This document shows positions 48,878 to 59,938 of a DNA stretch of 64,000 nucleotides, one piece after another. Each line of letters begins with the position of its first letter. The first letter of the stretch is position 1. A program made the position numbers and the translations under genes. This stretch comes from Trichosphaerium sp. ATCC 40318 (taxonomy: Eukaryota; Protista; Tubulinea): the NCBI GenBank assembly GCA_038496445.1, contig JALMLS010000013.1, forward strand, positions 124,001-188,000, given 5' to 3'. The notes under the pieces are model-generated. The model did not search any database. It was not told where the DNA came from and was given only the letters and a program-made list of their open reading frames with translations.

Positions 48878-49990
48878 CTATTTGTCCGTAAAATACTTGC
48901 CATGCTGTTTTGCAAAAACCAATTGACGAAGACAAGTACTCGTGTTTGAACCATTCTCAATAAGTGATTTAACACAATCATCTGTAACATTAAAACAACA
49001 CCTAACATTAATAGCATGAGCGCCTTTCAATGCTTTTACACCCTCATCTGTAACGAAAGTACGGGACAGGTCAATTGTATGAACACCAGCCAATGCTTTA
49101 ACACCATCATCTGTAACTCGGGTACAAGACAGGTTAATTGTATGAACACCAGCCAACGCTGTTACACCCGCATCAGCAACGAAAGTATGAGACAGGTCAA
49201 TTGTATGAACACCACCCAATGCTTTTATACCCTCATCTGTAACTCGGGTACTAGACAGGTTAATTGTATGAACACCAGCCAATGCTTTAACACCCTCATC
49301 TGTAATTTGTTGACAAAAGGTCAAATCTATCGAATAAACACCTTTCAATGCTTTAACACCCTCATCTGTAATACTCCTACACTCAGATAAGCTAATTGTA
49401 TGAACACCAGCCAAAGCTTTAACACCTTCATCTGTAATTTTACTACACATCCTCAAGTGTATTGTATGTATACCAGCCAACGCTTTAATGCCTTCATCTG
49501 TAATATGTGAACTAAATATAAAAGAAACTCTTTTAATTCCAGAGAGCTGTTTAAGATGTTCATCAGTAACTGATTCATTTAATTGATATTTAAAGGATAT
49601 CCCATCAACAACTTTGAAGTGAGTGAAGTCTATTTTTCTAAACTTTTTATCCATTTCAAGTGCGTATGCACCTTGTAGGTACTTTAAATGCTTTTGTTGA
49701 ATAGGAAACTTGATAATAATCGTGTGTTCTTTGATGAGATGAGGCGCTTTTGTGAATAATTTCCGGAGCTTTTTTTTCTTCTTTAAAACGATATATTTCC
49801 TATTTGTATATCCAAGGTACTGTTTTGCAATGTTTGAAAGTAATTTGGATACACGGACAACGGAATGCATGGATAAGATCGAAATATATTCTAGAACGTG
49901 AATAATGACTTCTACAGGTATCTCATCAAATATTGAGCTGTTTTTGTTCATCTCTTTAGCCAGATTTTTAACGAAATATGACCAACTCAA
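48878..49990 (-). CDS. F-box + LRR protein, intronless
   Basis: FDEIPVEVIIHVLEYI...VRVSKLL F-box followed by ITDEGVKALAGVHTI repeats. Confidence 0.85.
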   Translation of the reverse strand: MSWSYFVKNLAKEMNKNSSIFDEIPVEVIIHVLEYISILSMHSVVRVSKLLSNIAKQYLGYTNRKYIVLKKKKKLRKLFTKAPHLIKEHTIIIKFPIQQKHLKYLQGAYALEMDKKFRKIDFTHFKVVDGISFKYQLNESVTDEHLKQLSGIKRVSFIFSSHITDEGIKALAGIHTIHLRMCSKITDEGVKALAGVHTISLSECRSITDEGVKALKGVYSIDLTFCQQITDEGVKALAGVHTINLSSTRVTDEGIKALGGVHTIDLSHTFVADAGVTALAGVHTINLSCTRVTDDGVKALAGVHTIDLSRTFVTDEGVKALKGAHAINVRCCFNVTDDCVKSLIENGSNTSTCLRQLVFAKQHGKYFTDK

Positions 49991-50381
49991 AAAGTCAGTT
50001 TTAGAAATAGATCACGTTTTTCAAAACGAAAGGGCACTGAAACTTGAAACGTTGAAGGGCACACTAAAGATGAGAATACGTGTAAGAGAGACGTGGCCTT
50101 ATTGTAGGATAATAATAGCGTGTTTATTTATAGATTGTTACATAATTCAGAGAATACATATTAATGTTCATTATCGAGATATCATTAATCTCATGGTTAA
50201 ATGTAATCAGAGAATAGTAACGTATGCTGTTGTATGTTACAAAACTGGTCAAAGCGTCATGAATACTTCCGCACATATCGAGTTTCATTATACTCCATCT
50301 TTAGCTAAATAGCAATAAAAAGTCGCCAGTGTGTTAATCACGTTTCTGCGAAAGGCATAGTAGAGTCGATATTTTAAACAA

Positions 50382-50705
50382 GTGGAAGCCAAAGACAGAA
50401 AACACGAGTGAGCCTGTATTCAACCTTGTTGGGCTTACACTCCGTTCAGCCCAAACATGCCTCTTTTTGCGAGGTATTATTCACAACCATGTTGGATATG
50501 GTCGTATCAATGTTAAAAGTGAATAAAAACAAACCACTCTAGTAACAGATGAAGGTTTGGCGTTCACACTATCAGCTTGGGCTGTTGTAGAATGATAACA
50601 GACGAAGGTGTGAAGGGATTGGCAGGTGTACATACTATCCACTTGCATGATTGTAAGTCAATAACAGATAAGGGTATTATGGCTTTGGCAGGCGTACAGA
50701 AAGTA
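50382..50705 (+). pseudogene. Deletion-collapsed F-box/LRR paralog (2943/14579 subtype)
   Basis: Fragments ENTSEPVFNLVG / TLRSAQTCLFLRGIIHNHVGYGRINVKSE* / ITDEGVKGLAGVHTIHLHDCKSITDKGIMALAG. Confidence 0.8.
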
Positions 50706-50826
50706 AAAAAAGCACAATTTTTTATTGTGTTATATGTACAAGAATAGTAAAAAAGGTTGAAAGAACTCTCTTTGCGCATCATCGTTTATGTTTTTTTGTT
50801 ATTTTTTCCTTAAATGTTTGAAACCT

Positions 50827-53532
50827 CTAATGTCTTACTTCAAACTCTCCTGCTTTTGTAATATGCTTTACACCCTACCATTTGATTAAACAACTACTTA
50901 TTAAGTAATACAAAACAAAAGGAAGGCTGATAAGGATTTTGTTTGTAAAACAAAGTCTCCACTATACAGGGTAATTATATAGTGTTTCTTTGATAAACCA
51001 GAGAGCAAGGCTATAAATATAATATTGTGGGGTGTAAGAAAAAGAGTTTACCTTGAATGGTTTATAATCAACATTTAGAATCTTGATTTGATCAACATTT
51101 AGTCCTGAAGCATTCTAAACAAAAAATATCAGTTTTTGAGCTTTAATCGATAGATTTGATACATAATATGGGTATTCCGTTCTGTTGAATGTCAACCCAC
51201 ATGAAGGTTGAGGCTTGAAAAAACCAAACAACCAGAAAAAATTCTTGATCCAAAAAAAAAGCACGAAATTGAAACTACAGGGGCGAGTGTAGTGGTTTTT
51301 TTCTACTCTCCAGTAAACATTTTGTTTATAATGTAATAATCAATACTTTTGTGTGAAGTTTGAGTGAGAAACATAAAAGGTTAGGTACTCAGCGTTGGTT
51401 GATGACCAAAAAAATATTATTGAAGGGTACAAAAAAAAGCGTACCCATTTCTTCAGTTCAAATGATACTACTACAACTGGTTTCATCTCAGGCTGACTTG
51501 AACATGTAAGCTTGGCTAATATGATTTAGAACAAAAAGTATACAGTAATAAATCATTGACTTACCATCTAAAGTTGGTGCAATTGCAGGAAAGTGAGAAA
51601 ATTTCCATGTTGCTGTCTACAAAAAAAGTAAATAACCAACATAACGTTTCAAGCATATCCAATAGTTACACTCTAGAAGCGCAACTACGACTGGCATAGA
51701 TAGGGCTTAAAAATAGAAGTCTCAAAATACAAACTTGAGCAAGTTTAAAAGAGAGTTAAAACGCTTGGTTGGAGCCTTAAAGTTGGACTCTTTTGAATGC
51801 AACAGGTACTTTTGAAATAAAAGGTAACGTACTCTTTCTTGTTCATTGTATTTAGCAAATCCATGAGACACTGTAAAATCAGCACTTGTCACTTTTGTCG
51901 GGAATATAACGTCTAGTTTAACAGAATTGAAGAAAACTTGACCGACATTTTTATCAACACGAATATGAAGGGTACCACCTGTCTGTGAGTATGTTGATTG
52001 TACTTTTATATTAACAGGTACTTTTATATTACCCCTAACACTAAATATAGCCAAAATTAGAACATGAGGAAAGTAGAGAGATCTATAAGGACGTACGTGT
52101 ATTCAAAAACAGTAAATTTTTTATCCGGCGGAATAAGACTCAAGGTTCCTGCTTCTAAATATCTTTTCTTGTTTACTGATGGATGTAAAGCAGCATCATC
52201 TATAATTCTATGGTTTGAAAACATAAAACATATCTCAGGCATCCCTTAAAAGCAGTAAGGTAAGCAACTTGTCAAAAAAACAAGAAAATAGTTTAATGTT
52301 CAATTACCTGATAATCTACATTCTACCTTAGCCAGCCCTCGTATTGTAGCGTACAGAACTTTATTTCCGCTATTCAATAGTAATAAGCACACCAGTTTAA
52401 ATCGGAAAATGAAACAAGGAAGCCGACATACTCTATCTTTGCATCAATGTATTCAACGAAATCAACTAAAAGTTCATTTCTTGCGTAATAAACGCCTGTA
52501 GGTCTATGTCTTTGCATCAATTGGTTAATCTATAATAATCAAATATATTAATATCTCAAAACCATACAAATCTATTGAAAAAAAAACACGTGTAGAACAA
52601 GAAAGACGTCAAACAAAAAAAAACGAAAAAATAGATTTTCATCGACACATGACGGCAGCTTTTGCCCAAAGTGCAATAAAACACGTAAGAATATTTTACA
52701 ACACAAGTATACTTCGTTTCAGACAAAAAAACCTGCAGTGAAATTCCGAAACGACATGATTTTCTTTTTGGAAAGTTTGTTCTCAAAAATACAGGATTGT
52801 GAATACTGAACTTACATTCCTTGCTACTTCATCATTATCATTGGATGTCCAAGGGTTTAATTGACCTATAATAGACTCTTCATATACCATTGACTTCATT
52901 GCTGCAGGGTAATTATTAAAAGGTAGTCCACCATCCGCTATTTCGTCCACAACCTATTTTAAAGACACGAGTAAGAAAAACAACAAGGTTTCGAAGTAAT
53001 TTTCTTCAACGGTTTGTGAATAAAATATAAATGGTTTCTAGTACCTGTTGTAACACTACTATATCGCGCTTAACCATTTTCGGCGTCAATCCACCGTATT
53101 TAAAGTCAATATAATCTGTAATAATGGAATCATCCTTTCTGAGCGTTTATGATGTTTTTTGTTTAAAAACGTACGTTGGAACATCTCTATAATGTTGTGG
53201 AGTAATTGAATAGCGCAAATAGCTGGAATATCGCGTGTCACTGTTGCCACAGCGAAAACTTGTGGCCCAGGGTGTATCCAAGCAAATACAGTCCCATTTA
53301 CTTCAAGTATTGGTGGTTGACCTTCAATCTCTACCATTCATTAACCAATCAGATCCCAAGCGTCTGTAAGCGACGTACCGAGTTTTGAGGCAATTTCGTA
53401 CAGCAAGTGCTCTGATGTTGCCTTTTTGTAGTGTTTGCTTAGTAGCGTGTGCCCATAGAAATGTCAGTGGTACATTTCAATATTGTACAACGCGTACCCA
53501 TCTTGCTCTAACAAAAAGAAGCTTGATATCAT
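50827..53532 (-). CDS. Adaptor complex medium (mu) subunit, AP-3 mu-like, multi-exon
   Basis: VVDEIADGGLPF; GVYYARNELLVDFVEYIDA; CRLSGMPE; IDDAALHPSV...LSLIPPD; SGLNVDQIKI...KPFKGVKHITKAGEFEVR*. Confidence 0.85.
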
Positions 53533-54074
53533 TCCAAACAACGATTGGACGCAAACAGAGTTTAGTTATCGCTTATTTGACGCACTTAGACCTATTGCAG
53601 CTTAAATCAAGCGTTTTGTGCTACACGTTTGTAGTTTACTGGGTGCAATATTTATTCTACCCCCAATGAAACATAAGGAGTCACTGCTGAAAATGCGAAT
53701 TCGCAACTTCATTTTTAAACAACTTTTACGTGAAAACGCGCTTTGTAACTAGTTTTTCTTCGATTAGATACGCACTACGAACAGCCTATTCAAAACCAAG
53801 TCTTTCCCGCCACATAATGTTTTTTACGTATTGGCCAGAAGCACGTGCCTGAACGTTACCAGTTCGCACCCACAAACTAAAAAGCTTCTTTGTATTCTTC
53901 CGAAAGCACTGGTAGGTAACGATTTCGATTTGAGGAGTAATGATTCGTTTTTGCCTGTCAAAGAAGTACTAATAAGGAAAGTCTTCCACGCGACAATCCA
54001 CCCAAAACCGCACAAAGTCGCACTAATTCGTAATTTTCCGTAAAGACTACATCAAAGACCTCATATAACCTACT

Positions 54075-54710
54075 ATGCTCGCCAGAATTAACACAATCGC
54101 TCTCACCGGTCGCAGAACCACATCTTACCGCCAACCAGCTAAAAAAATTACCGTAACCCGCAACTACCACGAACGTGTTATTGACCACTTCAACCACCCA
54201 AAAAATGTTGGAAGTCTTGATAAAAAGAGCAAAAGCGTTGGAACCGGTTTAGTTGGAGCACCAGCCTGCGCTGATGTAATGAAGATGGTAAGTAAACGTT
54301 AATGACCCAAGAAAAAAATTGTACCGTAAAAACTACCATTGCCTTGTTTATTTCCAAAAATCGTCCGTTAATCGTGCTGTAGGACATCCAAGTAGAGGAC
54401 GGTGTCATTGTAGATTCAAAATTCAGAACCTATGGCTGCGCTTCAGCTATTGCTTCTAGCTCTCTTGCAACAGAATGGTATGCGCGTCACCTATCTGCCC
54501 AAACCCTTATTATTGTATAGGATTAAGGGTAAAACAATTGAAGAAGCTCTTGAGATTAAAAACCAACAAATCGCTAAACATTTATCTTTACCACCTGTAA
54601 AACGTCACTGCAGTATGCTTGCCGAAGATGCTATTCGCTCAGCTATCCGTAACTACAAGCAAAAGAACGAAGAAGAAGCCGCTCCAGAACAAAAAGAGCA
54701 AACAGTGTAA
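54075..54710 (+). CDS. ISCU: Mitochondrial Fe-S cluster scaffold IscU/Isu1, 3 exons
   Basis: Transit peptide followed by YHERVIDHFNHPKNVGS, GAPAC(A)DVM, GC(A)SAIASSS and LPPVK(R)HCSMLAEDA. Confidence 0.93.
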
Positions 54711-55488
54711 ATTAGAAAGCGCAATGCTTACCCCTCAAACGAAAAACCAACGCAACATTATTGAGTTCGTTGAGTTTTTTGTCAAAAAAATTTTAATAAT
54801 TGTCAGGCTAAGATAGGGTTACTGTGTAGATAAAAAGAAGAATGTTACCCAATAAATAATATTCCTGGTACCAAATCGAGTAGATCAGTCCAAACCGTTA
54901 TGATACAAAACTTAACCGGACAAATACACTTCTCACATTTTTTCTATATATCCGGATTTCTATAGGCTGAAAGAGTACTTTTTCAGCATGCTATGGTGCC
55001 ACAAATAATGTACTTTTATAGGCAAGAAATCGCTTCACTCAAATGAATCCAAGTTTGTAAAATCTTGCAATGTTAAATGTCTTGTGTCTTTAACCATTAT
55101 TGCTTTTAGAAACACTGTATAACTTGCTTATAGAAACGCCATCAGATCTTTAATCTTTCTCCTGCGTTGCTGTTTTTTCGTGAGTTTTTAGTGTTATCAG
55201 AGAAATGTGTTTCAAATAAACAATTCGCCAATTTACCCAACAGAAATTTTTAGAAAACATTCAACGAGCTTCAGGTGCACACGCGGAGAAAGATACTACA
55301 TAGTCAATAAAATAACTCTACCTATTCATTACAGAGCATTTGCTCAATGATTATCGCCAAACCATTTTGTAAACGTAAGTCAGCGCGTATTACTAATTTA
55401 ATTTCGCTTTTAACGCTCTCATCAAGGCACAAGGAAAAGCGTGCGCTCTGTGGCAAAACGTTTGTGTAAAATCGTTTCAATAAAGCGA

Positions 55489-56758
55489 ATGGCGAAGCCT
55501 TCACCTAGAAGGTACATATTATTTAATTATGTCATCATCTCAATGGCGTTATAGGGGTAAAGAAGATAACCCTGAGATTGAAGTGATTCAAGCTGGAGGT
55601 CATGGCGACCTGAAAAAAGGCCTAAAAAAGGGCACACTCGTGAAGGTACTACACACGCTCTTTTAACTACTGTACCCAACTTTGGCACTTCCGTATTTGT
55701 TAAATATCTATTAGCCGACCTCAAAGGCCGAAGCAGACTTCTACGAACATATTGGAGACTATTTACCAGCAGAACTTTTGCCCTTTACTCCAAAATGCTT
55801 CTCAATATCAGAAACAGACGGTAAATCCGCTGTGACCATTACTTTGGAAGATTTAACGCACGGTAAACACAAAACTTTGAACGCGCTGCTCAAATTTGTT
55901 TTATAATCGCTAAAACATCAAACCAACGCGATTCTCACTTGTAATTATAGGTATGGCGCGACCATGTGTAATGGATCTTAAAATGGGAAGAACAACGATC
56001 GCTCCCGGTGCTCATTTAGCAAAAAAAATGCTCATGACGGCAAAAGATAAGCTGTCAACGACACACGATCTTGGGTTTCGGCTTGCAGGTACCGAGACTC
56101 CTTCAAACGTTTAAAAAACTTTCTTGAATTCTTAAAAACCACGTAGGCGCACGCTTCTGGAATGATAAAGACGGTGAATACACAGTTTATTCAAATAGTA
56201 AGAGAATGCCTTTCACCAAAACGTAGAAATAACTTTTTTATTCTAACTCTACAAAAAGGTCATGGTGCCCGTATACATGCTAGTGATATGCAAGATGAAT
56301 TAGAAGCGTTTTTTAATACTGGAAGCGGACTACGTGTTGAGTTAATCAAAAAGTTTCGAGCAGACATCAAAATCATCAAGAAATGGTTTGCTGTACAGAA
56401 GAAATGGGGTTTTGTTGGTAATTCTCTGTTATTCGTTTACGATGCAAGTTCATCAACGCCTAAATACCGTACGTGGTAACTCCTACTATACACTTTAGAG
56501 GCAGCTTTTGTTTGTAAAGTGTTTTATTTCTCGATTTTGCACGTAAATGTTTGTCCACTACGCGTTTATAGTATTTTGTTGTGCGTGTTACTGATAGTCT
56601 GAATAGGCCTTGCTATGATCGATTTTGCGCATGTATATAAGTCAGATAGTATTGATGATGGATATCTCTTTGGTTTACAAAACATAAAACAATACCTCAA
56701 GAACATCATCACAGTTGATACTAATAATGATACATCAAAAAAAGGCCACAAAAAGTGA
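55489..56758 (+). CDS. Inositol polyphosphate kinase (IPK family, IPMK/IP6K-like), multi-exon
   Basis: QAGGHG, LEDLT, PCVMDLKMG, LGFRLAG, NSLLFVYD, MIDFAH and DDGYLFGL motifs. Confidence 0.9.
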
Positions 56759-57153
56759 AAAAGTATAAATTGTGTTATACAATAGAACTTGTAGAATGAA
56801 CTACAAGAGCTATGTTTTGCTTCGCGGAAAGTATAACCGATTTTTTGTAATATAATAAGTAAGGGACAAAAAAAGAAAAAAAAAACCAAAATAGTGTAAA
56901 TAAAAATCCACGTGACCTTAGTCTTGTTAACCAACCAATATTCTTCATCAACTTGTTACAAAGAGTATGGATTAACTAGCTATTGCGTCAATTCTTTTTT
57001 TGACAAAAAGCGATGCACTGTTGTTCATGAAATGCATAAGTTTGCAGACCAATTATGACTGAACATGGATTCACAAAAAAAAAGTTGTTCTATTATTTAT
57101 TGGTACATCAGTTGACCGAATTTCTACGTATGTTTGTAAGCGCTGTAGGAGTT

Positions 57154-58290
57154 TCATTTCTTTAGTGCTAAAGCCCAGTCACAACGTGGTTTGATCGTCA
57201 TACCATCATCAATAACATCAACAGCAAAGCTACCTGCAAACATAACTGTATCATATTCAACGCCATTATCATTGACTAGCACAGGCACAGTACAATAACC
57301 AGGTGTTATTTTAGACAGGTCAAAAATAGGCCATTTAGAATCAACGGTAGTTCCGAATATCGAAACAGAACGGTTATCTCCTCTCCATATACCGTCTCCG
57401 TCAAAGGCGCATAATGCTGTAATCCATCCACTGAGGTATGTAGGACCACTACCACCACCCTGGCGATCGCAAATAGTAGACCAGAAGTCTAGATTTGGCT
57501 TTCCAGAGGAAGCATTAACGAGTTCATCCAAAATAGGTGATAATAGTGCGTGCCACTTTTTCATTAAATTCTTGTCTCCAACTTCGAATTCAAGGAGCTT
57601 GTCTATCTTACTACGTAGCTTGATATAGTCCTCAGGCGCTCCAAGAAGAGTGACGTTTGGGATGCCACACATTAGACAGAATTCGTAAGAAAAGTATTTT
57701 TGCATGCTTGCCATTAAGAGCACTGATGATACTACCTTATCAGTCTCTGTTGTTGTTGTAAAGTCTGGAATAACCCAAGAGCGCATTTGATCGTCTTTCA
57801 GGTTCTTTTGTATTTCGAACGTCATTTTCTTTGCTAATCCTGCGTAATCAGCGGTTCTAAGGGTTCCTCCAGAGTGAACGACTAGTTTCTTCTGTCCTGA
57901 GTGAGAAACAAATTTAGCGCGTAACTGTTCGGCGTTTTTGTTGATATAAAGGCTGAACTGCGTTAGAATAGCTGTCCAAAAGTCATCTAGGCGTAAAACG
58001 ATGTTGTGATGATAACAGTACGCTTCAACGACAGCATCAACCAATCCGTTGTGTTCCATACGCCTGGCAGTGGGAGTATTGGCGTTTTCAGAGCATTGAA
58101 TAACTTCTTTGAGCGGTTTGCATTCTGCGCCTTTTTTTGTCGTTTGATCGTCTGCGTTACCCTGCACATACTCTCTGAGGCCAACAATAACATTCCGAAG
58201 CCCAAGTTTTTCGCTTCGCGACCGTACTGCTGTTGCTTTTTTGTCTGAGGGCTGAAATGTTGTAGACATGAAGCTTTTGTAGTTTAACAA
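57154..58290 (-). CDS. DUF4419-family protein, intronless (start probably at MSTTF)
   Basis: NGLVDAVVEAYCYHHNIVLRLDDFW; FVSHSGQKKL; PDFTTTT; CGIPNVTLLG; GSGPTYLSGWIT. Confidence 0.8.
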   Translation of the reverse strand: MLNYKSFMSTTFQPSDKKATAVRSRSEKLGLRNVIVGLREYVQGNADDQTTKKGAECKPLKEVIQCSENANTPTARRMEHNGLVDAVVEAYCYHHNIVLRLDDFWTAILTQFSLYINKNAEQLRAKFVSHSGQKKLVVHSGGTLRTADYAGLAKKMTFEIQKNLKDDQMRSWVIPDFTTTTETDKVVSSVLLMASMQKYFSYEFCLMCGIPNVTLLGAPEDYIKLRSKIDKLLEFEVGDKNLMKKWHALLSPILDELVNASSGKPNLDFWSTICDRQGGGSGPTYLSGWITALCAFDGDGIWRGDNRSVSIFGTTVDSKWPIFDLSKITPGYCTVPVLVNDNGVEYDTVMFAGSFAVDVIDDGMTIKPRCDWALALKK

Positions 58291-58568
58291 GCGTGTTATT
58301 GCTGTCCCGGTTTCGTATTCTGTGAAAAGAACAATTCTTGCGCTTTCCGTTAATGTCGGTCTATAGCGCTCTCTATGCCGTATAGACTACCATTATACCA
58401 AATTGGTGCTAACACCACTTATTGAAGTGGTAGAACACGACATAGAGTGAGTACGAGAAATTGTTGATTGCACAGATTGATTCTTTCGATCAAAGTGAAA
58501 TATCAATCAAAATAATTGTATTCATTTTTTTCATATTCACAACAACAACGCACCTCCTCATCATTAAA

Positions 58569-58913
58569 ATGTCTTCACAACGTACTAGTAATCAACTCAA
58601 AAGACTTGAAGATATGTCTTTCGTGGTAGCTAAAGACATAGAATACAAAGAAAAACGAAACAACATCATCAGATGGAGGCTATTACCAAATATCCAACAA
58701 CATATTATCGAACTACTATACTACGCATTACGTGAGTTTGTTGAGATTACTTCTGAACGTTTAATACTTGATGCACCTTCAGAGGAAGTGTGTAAAGCGT
58801 ATACAATGATAATGACACATGGACCATTTCCAAAATCGAAATACTTTCCAAAGACTACAAGGAAAGATTACAAAGAATATGTAAAATCATTCGGACTAAA
58901 ATTATGTAAATAA
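58569..58913 (+). CDS. Small intronless hypothetical protein
   Basis: Protein-like ORF MSSQRTSNQLKRLED...KSFGLKLCK*; no family recognised. Confidence 0.4.
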   Translation: MSSQRTSNQLKRLEDMSFVVAKDIEYKEKRNNIIRWRLLPNIQQHIIELLYYALREFVEITSERLILDAPSEEVCKAYTMIMTHGPFPKSKYFPKTTRKDYKEYVKSFGLKLCK

Positions 58914-59280
58914 ATCAATCAACAAAAAAAACCCGACATGTTCTTGCTTTAATTTAACATATTATTAATACGATCGTTTCTAACCGGACTTATCCCTTAT
59001 TAAAATAAGACTGTCTGATGTCGTCATATTCTTTGCTTGACGAAATTTAGTGTCTTTGTTAATTTTGTATTGGGTGACATAAAAAGCTCAACAGTATGTT
59101 CGCTGCTACATCCTTCCTTTGAAATAGAGTTAGGAAAGATCAAGAACTACGTTCGTTACGAAACCAGGAATCTTGACAGCCGGTCTAAAATGATTCAAAG
59201 AACGAGAATTTGCCAAAGTTGGCTGGATCTTTGTTAATCAGTTGCACAAACGGAACAAAGCATTTAAATCTCTTGTCATT

Positions 59281-59572
59281 ATGTCTGCGATACAGAAGGT
59301 CAGTACATGTTTTATAAACGATTTCGGGCTTTTAGATATTAAATTACATTAGTATGAGTTTTGTGCACTTCTACGCTTACCAGTGGAGATAAAACTGGAT
59401 ATTGGAGACTTGGACGTTGAAGTGTACATAAAGTGGCCAACAGTGCAACGATGGCAAGATATGACGATAAAATGCAGAAAGCAGGAATATTGATTCAAAA
59501 ATCTGAACGTGTTAGTAGATTGATGGTAAGCAAGAAGGAGAATTTAAGTGTTGGTTTAGTAATGGCCAATGA
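59281..59572 (+). pseudogene. Decayed F-box-like/MORN paralog with a 5' intron
   Basis: MSAIQK|YEFCALLRLPVEIKLDIGDLDVEVYIKWP, then frameshifted pieces ARYDDKMQKAG and IDGKQEGEFKCWFSNGQ*. Confidence 0.8.
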
Positions 59573-59938
59573 ACAAGTTTGTACAAGTACTCTAAGGTAG
59601 ACTTAAAGGGAATGTTAAGAGCTGGTACAGTAGTGGACAAAAAGAGGATAATTACTATTATAGCATTGGTGTCAAACAACGAACAACCTTTGTCCACAAC
59701 AAAGATATCAACATCTGCTTTGTTTATCAAAACGGAGCATTTTATTCTCACATCTCACCTCTGTTAGGTTTCCTAATACCTAATGACTCCCACCATTGGT
59801 AGGAAAACATCCTTATGGAGTGACCCTTGACTAACTCACATGGTATTTCAGAGCTAAGCGCTTGTTACTATTAAGTCATAGAAATTCACGTACTGGAGCA
59901 GAGTTAAATTCAACTTGTAAGTTATTAGCACCACTGGC

